This document shows positions 1 to 12,024 of a stretch of DNA of 64,000 bases, piece by piece. The number at the start of each line of letters is the position of its first letter. Within the stretch, counting starts at the first letter, position 1. Source of the stretch: Octopus sinensis (Eukaryota); contig NC_043008.1 in assembly GCF_006345805.1 (NCBI RefSeq), positions 21,452,001 through 21,516,000 of the forward strand. The letters run 5' to 3'. The notes beneath the pieces were generated by a model. The model was given only the letters and a program-made list of their open reading frames with translations, was not told the origin of the DNA and ran no database searches. Position numbers and translations under genes: made by a program.

Positions 1-80
1 TCGACCTCGGCGGAATTTGAACTCAGAACGTAGCGACAGACGAAATACTGCTGAGTATTTCGCCCGGCGTGCTAACGTTT
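1..80 (-). mobile_element. Partial tRNA-derived SINE, family N (Nin/Deu-like core), cut by the window edge
   Basis: Reverse complement of ...GTTAGCACGCCGGGCGAAA...GTTCTGAGTTCAAATTCCGCCGAGGTCGA; same family recurs more than 10 times in the window. Confidence 0.85.
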
Positions 81-435
81 TCCTTTTTAATGCATTGACA
101 TTGTACACACGCTAGATGAAAGAAATGATTTTCTTGTTGCTCTCTCCTAATTTCATCCATTACTACTCCATCACCCAGCTTGTTGGTATTGAGATAAAAT
201 GGATTAAAGCTTCTTAATGCCAACTCTTTCAGCGGCCATCATTCACTGCTACTAATCTGACATTTTGTTGCATATTGGCACTTGATTCTTCAGTTGTGTT
301 TTCTGTCAATCAACCCTTTCATGTCCCGACGCCATGTGGATCGCCACAAACTGTTAGATATAACAAGTCTGAGATTCCCAAACTTGCTCTCTTCTATCAT
401 TTGATGGCAAAATTTTAGATCCAGCTGTAATTCTA

Positions 436-846
436 ATTTCTTTATTGTCCACAAGGGGCTAAACATAGAGGGGATAAACAAGGACAGACAAAGGGATTAA
501 ATCGATTACATCGACCCCAGTGCGTAACGTGTACTTAATTTATCGACCCTGAAATGATGAAAGGCAAAGTTGACCTCGGCGGAATTTGAACTCAGAACGT
601 AGCGGCAGACGAAATAGCTATTTCTTTATTACCCACAAGGGGCTAAACATAGAGGGGACAAACAAGGACAGATATAGGTATTAAGTCGATTAAATCGACC
701 CCAGTGCGTAAATGGTAATTAATTTATCGACCCTGAAAGGATGAAAGGCAAAGTCGACCTCGGCGGAATTTGCACTCAGAACATAGCGGCAGTCGAAATA
801 CCGCTAGGCATTTCGTCCGGCGTGCTAACGTTTCTGCCAGCTCGCC
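436..846 (-). mobile_element. Family N SINE, head plus duplicated 3' body (dimer)
   Basis: Head GGCGAGCTGGCAGAAACGTTAGCACG, B-box-like GTTCAAATTCC, and GTCGACTTTGCCTTTCATCCTTTC...AAAGAAATAG body present twice; short flanking AATTCTA on both sides. Confidence 0.9.
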
Positions 847-989
847 ATCTCAATTCTACGTACCATCCATCTGTAAGTCTACGTACCATCCCACTGTGCC
901 AATGAACTTTTATATGTTTTTTTCCTTAAACAACGTATCCCTTCACTCTCAATTTTATAGTGTAATACTTTTTTGTTTCCTGCCACTAT

Positions 990-1980
990 AAAACTGCTTA
1001 GAGACCTCTTACACTTGAAAGTGATTCTTAACCAACGAATTCATTCCTCAATGCTTTTCAGTATATCCTGAGTTAGATACACCGCGTTTGACAGAAGCAT
1101 AATATCGTCCGGCAAATTCCGTTGTGCCATTTATAAAAGCGCTGTTTGTCTACCCAATCATTGCAATACCAGTTCTGCAGGCAATATAAAGAGCATAACT
1201 AATATGGTTCATCCTCCCACAATACTCCAAACCTTTCCATTCATAGGAAATATCTATTTAATAAGTATCATCTATGTTGACTTTTAAGAAGATAACCATT
1301 CGAATATTACGACCTCTTGTGCCAAATCACGTCGAACAGAATCACACACACTTTCAAGATCTAACCATGTCATTGTTAAATTGCATTTCTCCTCTCATGG
1401 GGTCTAAGTAGCTTCCCAAATGGCATATATGCATTTGGATACACACGGAATTTCAGTTTTATGCATTAATCAATTTATTATATTTAAGGTTATATTTAAG
1501 TTTATGGGAAGCAAATTTCCGGCATATTCGGGACAAACGCTTGTGTGCTGAGGGTAATGCTGTATTCTCTCACTGAATGTAGCAGTCCATGTCTTATCTG
1601 TCAGTGAAGCAGATCTGTCGGGGTTTCAGCGTCTCCCATAAAAAAATTGCAGTAGATTTTGAGGTCATCATATTCGAAATGTCGAAGAATCTTTAAAAAC
1701 CCTAATCAGTACAGAGCGATGGAGATATACGAAGATGTATCCAAATTCGTCGAAATTCAATATTTTGGTTTTCTTTCTGACGTATTTTATGATATTAAAA
1801 AAATGACAATCTTTGCCTGGATAATGAACATCAATAGATTAGACATATTAAAGAATTTGAAATTTAGGAATTCTAACAAGTGCGGTATGACTATTTTGAA
1901 GTGGTTGAGGACATGGAATTGTAAAATTCTGATATGTTTACCACCGTAAAGAACTGGAATATAAAAGCAGGCCATGATTA
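990..1980 (-). pseudogene. Highly degenerate non-LTR retrotransposon RT relic
   Basis: Minus strand at about 1337-1373 reads MTWLDLESVCDSVRRD, resembling the RT motif (F)xDLEKAYDRVPR; purine-rich minus strand with many stops. Weak. Confidence 0.35.
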
Positions 1981-4857
1981 GAACGAGAAGGATGGTTGTT
2001 TAAATCAATAATTTGGTCTATGTAAAGAGGCGAACATTACCAATTCTAGCAGATACAAATTGACGCGAACAGTGTATGGTGACATGTGATAAGATATTGG
2101 AATTAAAGATTCTGACACTTTGTTGAAGATGAGAATTTGAAGATTTACGGCTGAGCAAATGAGACATGTCTCAGAGGACAAAATAAAAAAGACAAATCTA
2201 ATGCATTCTGTATTTCGTGACAAGTCAGGTGTCGTTAAAACTGGTTTCTGATTATTACATACATTTGATAACTTAAGTAAAAATATTGTAACATGCTGCA
2301 GAGTGGAATATCTAACACATGCTACATTTACATGTTGCGTTTCAAATATTATATCAGAGCAAAACAATCTGTTTAAATGTTCCTAATTACACGGATCGGA
2401 TCTGGGATAACGATCGGATGCGACCCATCGAATACCTTAATCGCACGAAAGGTTGGCAAATCTATCAATTCAGCCAAGTGAGGATTCAAAATTGACTGAA
2501 GAATTTGTTTAATTGACTGGAAACCAGGCATAGTTATGTTGGTTTATAGTTCTCAGATCAAACCTGATAATTTGTCTTCTTTCGCACGAGAGACTACTGC
2601 AATTCTGTTTTCAATTTTAAGATTAAATTACCGTAGCTTTCATGTACAAAGCTAAAGTGTTCAGACTTCTGAATACTACAGAAAGTGTATTAGGCTGGAA
2701 TGTTTCAAACGAACTTGAAAACTTCTTTGCATAAAGTATCAAGAATTTATGTTGGGTGTAATGAAGTGGCGTGGGGGATGGGGCAATGTGTTGTATTGAT
2801 GAGAAACAGCAGAACTATAAATGTTGAATTAGAAATGACAGCAAGTTTCAATTAGAGATGTTTTAGAAGTTAATTCATTCGTGTTATTCCAATAAAAACG
2901 TTTGCTTAATCGACCATTCTTCGATAAAATGAGATTCGTTTGAGGGGATAAAATGTATTGAAAAGGAAAATCTCAGAAAAGATTTAGAAAAGGAAAAAAA
3001 AAAACAAAAAAAAAAAGAAAAAGCATAATCCCGTCATCAACGGCATCATGAGAGAAAACAGTCTGGTGATATTCCTATATTTCCATCGTTCCACGAAGAG
3101 GCTTCGACTGAAGCGAATAGAAAAAATAAAAACGAAACAAATATACCGATCATAAAGAAAATATGGAATTTTTTCTCTTTTTTTTTTCACAATCACACAA
3201 AAGCCCAGGTTGCGTGGAATTATGGGAAGTAGTAAAATATATTTCGAGGAATTGCATTCACCGAATGGATAAGTTATTGCGATGATTAATGACAGATCGC
3301 GTGTTCAAGCATTCTACAAGACTTTCGTTGTACTTTCGAAGAAGCGTTTTGTAGTGCATTGTTACAATTCACTTAAATTTCAAATGAAATTTACCAACTT
3401 ACTAGGGAATGTTGACCGTGATTGGCTGGGCTTCTTGCCAAGAGGATAGTTTCCACTCATCTAATTCAGCAACAAACAAACGGAACTATGCATTTTTAAC
3501 ATAAATATCATTATAAAAATCTTTTTCTTTCTTATTACGATACATTTTGGAATTAATTGACAAGCTTACAGACATTGAAACCGCACACTCTGGTATCGCT
3601 ACCCGACATTACATTGCACATCAATGCACTATAATGCAATAAAACAGACTCCCAAGATGCATAACTATCTTGATGTGTAAGGCAGGTTACAGTTATGTCC
3701 CTTGGTCATACACTCGACTCTCTGCTGACGAAAGCAAACGAAATTCTTAGAAAGTCTCGAAAGTTATAGACAAATGGTGGGAGAAGGAAAGGGGAAAAAA
3801 GGGCAAGATGTACGAGAAGAGGAAGAGGGGAGAAAATAGTCGTTCATTTGCAATTTTGATAAAAACCTACTGTCATATCGTCGCTCAACTCGTTAAAAGT
3901 AGTAGTGGAAACTCTCGCAAATCACACCTCACAGTTTAAAATACTTCATTGAACAATACATTTGCTGATATATAAATGACTGAAAACTTTCGTCACAGAT
4001 TTGCATTAATTATGATTAATCTAGGAAAACACAAGTTTATTTCTTTTCACAAGAAAAGGGCCTTTCACTGCTTCATTTCAGCCGAATTTATCAATTTTAT
4101 TTCAACAACTTTATAGTTCCTTTACTCTCACATGTAACAACATTACTATATTAATACAGGCGCACTACAAACACAATGATTGTTTCAGTCTGCAGACAAT
4201 ATACCAATATCGCCATGTTCTAGACAATTTCTGTCCTCCATCTCAAACTGAAAGTAAGCAACCAATTCCGGAATCACAGCATATTTAGTATCATTCGAGC
4301 AGCAGCTTTCTTGCCCAAGTTAACAATTAATTTCCATAAAACGAAACACAATTCATAGCCTCACGAATTTCATTTCCATTGTAACTTTTCGCTATTTTAA
4401 AACGAATATATTACAAAACACCAAGACAAAGGCATTTGCAACGATGACAAGCGTAATAAATTCATTTTAAAAGAATTTATTTATTGGAAGGGTTAAATGC
4501 TTTGATGTGAACAGAGAAAAGGTATATATTTACAAAAGATTACCATAAATTGTAAAACGTCGTAAATTCAACGTTGTGAATAAAAAGGAAAGTTCCTGCA
4601 TTTTTTTCTCTAATTAATCATTCGCTATAACATTGTTGAAGTAGTTTGTGTCAACTTTTAGATATTTGATTCCCTCAGTTGGTTTCAGTTGATGTAGAAT
4701 TCTTTCCACATATAAAATTTGAAGTCTATTTTTTATCTATTTATCTTTTCCATTGTCTTGCAGCGACTAAACTTCATGAATATGTATGTATGCTCGTATA
4801 TATATATATATATATATAGATTAAGTTTGGAATAATATTCCCTCATATTATTGTTAT

Positions 4858-4889
<32 letters not shown>

Positions 4890-5817
4890 GCAATAATAAA
4901 TAAATAAATATATATATATTTCTATGTTTTATGCATGTTTTTTTTTATATTTGTATGCATGGATGTATGGATGTGTATACACGCATGAATATATGTATCT
5001 ATTTATTCATGTATGAACGTATCTCACTTCAGGATAATTTTTATATATGCAAGCATGTATATATGTTCGTATACATGTGTAAATGATAGTATGGATAAAC
5101 AATGTATACATGCATATATAAATTCACATGTATTATATATATATATATGCATCATTTTATGTGTAGATATATATATTGTTTACAAATAAATCACATATAT
5201 ATACATGCCCACATAGTTATACGCATAGTTATATTCCTCTCTCTCTCTTTCTTTCTCTCACTCTTTGTGTGTGTGTGTGAGTGTGTGTCAATATATACAT
5301 ATTTATAAGTAAGGTATATGTATATATATATGTATATATGTATGTATACACACACGCACGTGCACACGCGCACACATATTTATAACCATCATAGCATTTA
5401 TACAGTTATTTCCCGTTGAATATTTATTTTTTTCAAAATAAATGCAATATATAAAATATGTAAAGTATATTTATGTCCATCGAATTTTAAATAGAGAGGA
5501 AGTTTAATTTCCGATCGTTAATGGACTCTTCGTATATACATGATTGCTTTACGTATTATCCTTCTCATATATCTCCCGTGCAGGGCACGTTTCTCGGATC
5601 GGAACACGCATCCCAGTTTCGCCATACGGCAACGGTTATGTCATCTAGACATAAAAACGAATGAAATATAACAGAAAGCCACAAATATTTTGCTAAAAAT
5701 ACATACAGCTGCTATATTTGGAAATAAGCAGAATCTTCGTTTTTCTAATATTGTTCTTTGGTTCCCTCGGTTATTTCCAACAGCTTTGGTGGAACTGAGA
5801 AGGTATACTGTCGTCTC

Positions 5818-6736
5818 AAAGGGCGGCGAGCTGGCAGGAACGTTAGCACGCCGGTCGAAATGCTTTGCGTTATTTCGTCTACCGCTACGTTCTGAGTTCA
5901 AATTCCGCCGAGGTCGACTTTGCCTTTCATCCTTTCGGGGTCGATAAATTAAGTACCAGTTACGCACTGGGGTAGATGTCATAGACTTAATCCGTTTGTC
6001 TGTCCTTGTTTGTCCCTTCTGTGTTTAACCCCTTGTAGGCAATAAAGAAATAGGTGTACTGTCGTCTCAAAGGCGGCGAGCTAGCAGAAACGTTAGCACG
6101 CCGGGCGAAATGCTTTGCGGTATTTCGTCTGTCGCTGCGTTCTGAGTTCAAATTCCGCCGAGGTCGACTTTGCCTTTCATCCTTTCGGGGTCGATAAATT
6201 AAGTACCAGTTACGCACTGGGGTCGATGTAATCGACTTAATTCGTTTGTTAGTCTTTGTTTGTCCCCTCTATGTTTAGCCCCTTGTGGGTAATAAAGAAA
6301 CAGGTATTTCGTCTGTCGCTACGTTCTTGAGTTCAAATTCCGCCGAGGTCGACTTTGCCTTTCATCTTTTCGGGGTCGATTAAATAAGTATCAGTTACGC
6401 ACTGGGGTCGATATAATCGACTTAATCCCTTTGTCTGTCCTTGTTCGTCCTCTCTATGTTTAACCCCTTGTGGGTAGTAAAGAAATAGGTATATTGTCGT
6501 CTCAAAAGCGGCGAGCTGGCAGAAACGTTAGCACGCCGGGCGAAATGCTTTGCGGTATTTCGTCTGTCGCTACGTTCTTGAGTTCAAATTCCGCCGAGGT
6601 CGACTTTGCCCAAATCCTTTCGGGGTCGATAAATTAAGTACCAGTTACGCACTGGTGTCGATATAATCGACTTAATCCGTTTGTCTGTCCTTGTTTGTCC
6701 CTTCTGTGTTTAGCTCCTTGTGGGTAGTAAAAAAAT
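5818..6736 (+). mobile_element. Tandem array of family N SINEs (3 full-length units plus 1 headless unit)
   Basis: Units start (A)AAGGCGGCGAGCTGGCAG and end AAAGAAAT; separated or flanked by AGGTATACTGTCGTCTC at 5801, 6052, 6487 and 6737. Confidence 0.95.
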
Positions 6737-6812
6737 AGGTATACTGTCGTCTCGAGATGACATTCGACGTCTGGACAGGATTACTAAATGTTACTTACAT
6801 AAGGTGTAACGT

Positions 6813-7060
6813 GTGGAGGCGCATGGCTTAGTGGTTAGCATGTGGGAATCATATGATCATATGATTAAGATTTCAATTCCAGGACCAGGCGACGCGTAGT
6901 TTTCTTCGACAAAACACTTCATTTAATGTTGCTTCAGTTCACTCAGTTGGCAAAAATGAAAAATCCTGCGACGGACTGGCGTCCCGTTCAGTTGGGGAGT
7001 TTATACGCCATATACGCCATATACGCCATGAAAACCGGCAAAAACACACTACATATGGGC
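6813..7060 (+). mobile_element. tRNA-derived CORE-type SINE, family C (GTGGAGGCGC head), diverged
   Basis: GTGGAGGCGCATGGCTTAGTGGTTAG A-box, AAAACACTTCATTT CORE-like segment, GCGACGGACTGGCGTCCCG tail motif. Confidence 0.8.
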
Positions 7061-7069
7061 TAGTAGAAG

Positions 7070-7753
7070 GTTAACCAAGTTTGTAATTAATTTTCTTTCT
7101 TCTGCTAGCCTATATGTAGTGTGGCTTTCTCGGAGACTTTATGGTGGCAATAGTGTCTTTTGACGTCTGTTTTTCAGTGTGTGGTGAGGCGCAAGCCAAG
7201 CCCTTGTTATAGTTATGCATATAATTATAAAATATTTATATTAATTTACCTACGATGTTTTATTTACGCGCTGACCACTTAGTAAAAATCATTTATGATT
7301 TTACCCTTTATTATTATTATAATTAATATTTGAAAAAATATTTACTCCTTGATTAAAACTACATCAAGTGCAGACTTGATCTTTAACACACTGCACGTTG
7401 CTATGAGAGAAGGATATGAATTCTACTTCGCAGCATATATCTGCGAGTCTCAACTGGTATAAGAGAAGTGATGGCGCAGCTCGCTTGCATATACGTAGCC
7501 ACTCGTATTTATATACCTGGGTATACCGTCGCTGATGAAGGCAAAAAGGTAAGGTTTTTATTACTTTAAGCCCGAAACACGATCATGTACGTCGTTAACC
7601 AAAGTCGTAATTCATTTTCTTTCTTCTACTGGCCTATTATGTAGTGTTTTTCTCGGAGAATTTATGGTGGCAATAGTGTCTTTTGGCGTCTATTTTTCAG
7701 TGCGTGGTGGGCGCAAGCGAAGCCCTTGTTATAATTATGTATATAATTATAAT
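7070..7753 (+). mobile_element. Retrozyme/Penelope-pLTR-like unit: about 160-bp direct repeats with a 524-nt period enclosing a hammerhead ribozyme
   Basis: GTTAACCAAG...TTTTCTTTCTTCT...GGTGGCAATAGTGTCTTTTG...AAGCCCTTGTTATA at 7070-7231 and 7594-7753; hammerhead immediately upstream of the second copy; no ORF. Confidence 0.7.
7519..7600 (+). ncRNA. Type I hammerhead ribozyme (canonical core)
   Basis: CUGAUGA 7532-7538; stem II GGC/GCC plus AAGGUAA/UUACUUU; GAAA 7574-7577; stem III ACA-cgauca-UGU; GUA triplet 7587-7589; stem I CGUCG/CGUCG with one U.U mismatch. Confidence 0.7.
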
Positions 7754-7830
7754 ATATATATATATACACGATTGGGGTTGATATATATATATATATATAC
7801 GGTTGGGGTTGATATATATATACAAAAAAC

Positions 7831-7883
<53 letters not shown>

Positions 7884-7944
7884 AGTTTTGTTCTCTCCTT
7901 GTTTCTCTCCTTGTTATATATATATCGCCATGTTGATTCGCTAG

Positions 7945-8125
7945 CCTCTGCACGCATTTTTTTTCTCTCCTTGTTTCTTTCTGTGTTTCTTTTCTGTGTA
8001 TCTTTCTGTTGAAGAGCGTAGGCTCGAAACGTAAAAGACTTGTTTTATTTATATTCCTGAGCGCCATACTAATAAAATTGTTTGTTTGTATTCCACCTGC
8101 CTTTGTCTTTTGTTTATTTTCATAA
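7945..8125 (+). mobile_element. Penelope-like terminal fragment carrying a minimal hammerhead-like motif (copy 1)
   Basis: Shares TTTTCTCCTTG...GAAGAGCGTAGGCTCGAAACGTAAAAGACT...TTCCTGAGCG..ATACTAATA..TGTTTG with 57010-57170; flanked by (TA)n. Confidence 0.65.
8000..8040 (+). ncRNA. Minimal hammerhead-like motif, variant core CUGUUGA
   Basis: Stem I UCUUU/AAAGA, core CUGUUGA+A, stem II GAGC-guag-GCUC, GAAAC-GU-A with palindromic ACGU stem III. Confidence 0.55.
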
Positions 8126-8133
8126 AGCTTCCC

Positions 8134-8178
<45 letters not shown>

Positions 8179-8831
8179 GTATGTATTTGAAGACATCCCA
8201 GTTTGCATGGGTTCAGTTATTATAAAATTATGTATGATTTATATATACAGAAACAGCTCTTGGTCGGTTTCCATTATACTTCTTCGATAGTGACGAGGTA
8301 CTTCAGGGTCTAAACTGACATTTCAGTTAAAATCGTTTCTTTTTTGTTTTAAACTGTGCAAGATAACAGAGCTTCAAATGTCAAGACGGTTGATTTATCT
8401 GGAAATTTAAAGTATTGCATGATACGTAGGCGTGTTTTGTGTCTGAATGTGTGTGTTTTTGTGTGTGTAAGTGTGTGTTTGTGTGTGTGTGTGCGTGTAA
8501 GTACATTTACTCGATAATCGCTTTTATTAGCATCATTTCAAATTTAATAACTATAAATTTTGTCTGTTTTTTCTTTTGTTTTTATTAATGACCACTAAAA
8601 ACGAATTATTTCACACAAATTCGATTTTTACGGTAATAGAGCTGGACTAATCTACCATGTAAAGTAAGAATAAACAACATATACGCAACGTAAATACCCT
8701 AGGTACTTACGTACTGATCATCTTACATACATACATACATATACGCCCTCATACACACATTCATACGCTAAATGCATACATACATAATACACACATATGT
8801 GTATATGCGTGTATGTGTATCGAGTGAATAC

Positions 8832-8897
<66 letters not shown>

Positions 8898-9341
8898 TAT
8901 ATATATACATATATACGTGTGTATAAATTGCTCAGAGATAGGAGAACCACTAAGTGGTCTCCTTACATTCTGAAAAGGAATGTCAAATCCCCAAAGCATG
9001 AAATATACATTTTTATTTATAGCATGTTGAATGTAGGCGGGCAAGACAATTTGAAAATAATTAATAAGACCAGTGACTTCTATACCCCGAAGTTTCACAA
9101 TTAATAATTAAATAAATGAATTATCTGTGTATCATCAGTAGGAACTACTGGAGACGTATAATTATAAAGCTCAAATACATTCCATATGCCAAAGGACACA
9201 CGTGGATATCGAGTGTTATCGTTATATTCAATTCAAATATCCTCAACCAACGTACCAAGCCATAATAAAGCAGCAGTGAATAAAAATTCAACGGTGAATT
9301 ATCTTACTCAAGAATTAAGATATTGGAATATAAATATATAA

Positions 9342-9489
9342 AGGGTAAAAATTATTAAAAATAATAATTTATACCTGTGGCCAGCATCCGTAGGAAATGT
9401 TCGTAGACCATAAATACTTATGGTCTACGAACATTTTTTACGCATGCCGGCTACTGGTATAAATTATTATTAAAAAAAATATTTACCCT
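9342..9489. mobile_element. Palindromic MITE (Kolobok-like termini, degraded TTAA site)
   Basis: Arms of about 72 bp, AGGGTAAA...CGTAGACCATAA and TTATGGTCTACG...TTTACCCT, around a 4-nt ATAC loop; flanks ATAA/TTAG. Confidence 0.7.
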
Positions 9490-9540
9490 TTAGACATACA
9501 TACATACATACATACATACATGCATGTATGCATACATACA

Positions 9541-9573
<33 letters not shown>

Positions 9574-9769
9574 GCATACATATACACATACATACGTACG
9601 TGTTTGTGCCTTCTATCAAATACGAAGGTCGAAACAAACCTCGGCATTCAAACGTTGAAACGTTACTTTTCTTCTTTTGGAGAATTTTAACACAATACTC
9701 CAACGTAAAAGTCGGTTTGCCATTGGTATAGTACTGTCCCCTGGATCTAAGTTATCTATTTGCAGACTA

Positions 9770-10960
9770 CTACAAAAGCCCTCTGCCACTCAGGTCCCAT
9801 ATCTAGGGATAATGCACAGTAGTGATGATAATATTGATAACACAACCTGACAGACGTTTTGCTATCAGGATGTCTTTACCTGATTTGCAGGTGTTTTTGA
9901 TTTAAAAAATGGAATCTATTCTTTACCATCACGCCTGGATTTTAAGATCCTACCCAACAGTTTTTGCAATTTTCCTCGCTTTTCAAAAAAATTCTTTGTT
10001 TACCTCAGAAATTTAGTACGTGCGTTTATTTCGATTTGTATATTATTGTATTAGGAGTCAGTGAAAGAATGAGTGATCAAAGAATGGCAGCAGCAAACAT
10101 TAGTTTCAGGGTACTAATGTGGTTTAAGCGCTTTTTAATTCAACCCTGGGGAAAAAAATCATCGTATCTCCTTTCCGTATCAAATTTGACATTACGAAGC
10201 AGTTTGTTAAAATTCTGGATAAAGATGGACCATGCTTTCACTATATCTGTGACACATTTCCCGCTCTGAGCAATGAAACGATAAAAGCTGGAGTATTTAA
10301 TGAGCCTTAGATCAGAAAATTGATGAAAGATGGGAATTTTGTGAATTCAATGAATGGCATTGAAGCAACAGCATGAAATGTAACATTTGTAACAGTTGTA
10401 AATGGCTTTCTGAGCTACAAGAAAAAAACATCCAAGCCGAAATAGTCGATATCATGCCGGAGAACAGTCAAAATGTTGGTGACAGTGACGAGAAGGAAGA
10501 ATGTTTACAGCACGACGTAAAATCAATAGAACAAAGGTATCAAAGCAGATGTGACTTGCGCATGATGGTGAGTTATTCTTGGAATTGGGATGTAGACTTC
10601 CTGAAGTTCAGCATTCAAGAAAATCGTCCAAATGCAAATTGACTGGAAATTCGACATAAACAATGACGTAATTTGTCTGTAGAAATTTAAAGACTTTTCC
10701 CAGTTCTTCTGTAGTATTCTAAAAAAAGATTCTTGTTTTGAATAAGAACCAATTTGCATATATATATCTGTATATTATGCCTTGTTCCTCATCAGCTAAT
10801 TTATTGGAAAAAAAAGAAGCAAAAAGAAACAATGAAATTTTATGGATCCATTATCTAAAAATTTCGACAGGGTGATAATAAATGGATGTCATTTTGGGGT
10901 TCTGCATGTAAAAATACCCCTAGTTCAAGTCTAAATTGTTTGACAAATCCGAAAAGAATT
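9770..10960 (+). pseudogene. Degenerate DDE transposase relic, Chapaev3-like (CMC superfamily); family name from recall
   Basis: From 10191: ITKQFVKILDKDGPCFHYICDTFPALSNETIKAGVFNEP*IRKLMKDGNFVNSMN; at about 10475-10580 GDSDEKEECLQHDVKSIEQRYQSRCDLRMMVSYSW, matching SDEQGERFHQDI..ME.RYQGRW...MM.DYCW. Confidence 0.7.
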
Positions 10961-11405
10961 CTTTTGTTGGCTTGCGTAGTACAATGATGGTAGTGTTCCG
11001 TAGTCGGAGAAAACGGGTTATGCAATTTCTTATTGGACAAACCTGGACAAATGATTTGTTTGTAGTGATCAAATGTACGTGTTGTACATCAGCTTACTCT
11101 CTCCATCAAATCGACATTTCCTGAACGAGTGCATGGTGTCCCATACGCCATATGCATGGTGTCCCATACGAAGTGGATGTAGAGCAACGAGGCAACGAGA
11201 AATGAAGTGTTTTGCTCAAGAATTCAACTTACCAATCAGTCCAGGGATTGAAACCACGATCTAAGGAACATGAGTGCAACACATTAAGCACTAGGCTAAG
11301 CGTCCTCACAATATTAATAATACGCGGATCAACAAACTCATAACATGTTTTATGTCTAATCTTTCAGTTCTGACCGTCGAGCATTCGACGTATGCATACA
11401 CAGCC

Positions 11406-11463
<58 letters not shown>

Positions 11464-11589
11464 AATGATAATAATAATTATTATTATTGATAATAAGTTT
11501 GTACTCTACAAAAGTATAGAGTGACCCATCAGATTAAAGTGTAGTTGTTTTTATTATAACTGAATATAAATGTAAACATTAATATAGAT

Positions 11590-11932
11590 AGAGAGGTAGA
11601 CAGACATAGAAACTTATTTTTTGTAAGCCTAGTACTTATTCTATCGGTCTCTCTTGCAGAACCGCTAGGTGGTGGGGACGTAAACACACCAGCATCGGTT
11701 GTCAAGCGATGTTGGGAGAACAAACACAAACACACACATACACACACACATATATATATACATATATACGACGGTGTTCTTTCAGTTTCCGTCTACCAAA
11801 TCAACTTACAAGGCTTTGGTCGGCCCGAGGCTATAGCAGAAGACACTTGCCCAAGATGCCACGCAGTGCGACTGAACCCGGAACCATGTGGTTGGTAAGC
11901 AAGCTACTTACCACACAGCCCCTCCTGCGCCT
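11590..11932 (-). mobile_element. tRNA/CORE SINE, family K (AGGCGCAGGAGTGGCTG head, internal (TA/TG)n)
   Basis: Reverse complement of AGGCGCAGGAG.GGCTGTGTGGTAAGTAGCTTGC...CTTGGGCAAGTGTCTTC...CCGATGCTGGTGTGTTTACGTCCCC. Confidence 0.9.
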
Positions 11933-11991
11933 ATATATATATATATATGTGTGTATATATATATATGTATATATATATGTATATATATATG

Positions 11992-12024
<33 letters not shown>

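Noticed and set aside
2496-2545. CUGAAGA...GGAAACC with a long stem III-like hairpin
   Set aside because: Stem II is weak and stem I cannot form; likely chance.
4190-4255. Possible small exon on either strand (LQTIYQYRHVLDNFCPPSQTE on +; FEMEDRNCLEHGDI on -); similar candidate at about 30165-30255
   Set aside because: Splice-like signals are present but there is no recognisable protein similarity; such matches are frequent by chance in AT-rich DNA.
5586-5650. Minus-strand CUAGAUGA-CAUA..UAUG-GCGAAAC
   Set aside because: Insertion in the core, extra nucleotides before GAAA and no UH/stem I; not supportable.
5801-6753. Repeat-spacer periodicity resembling a CRISPR array
   Set aside because: The 'spacers' are near-identical 230-250-bp SINEs, the context is eukaryotic and there are no cas genes.
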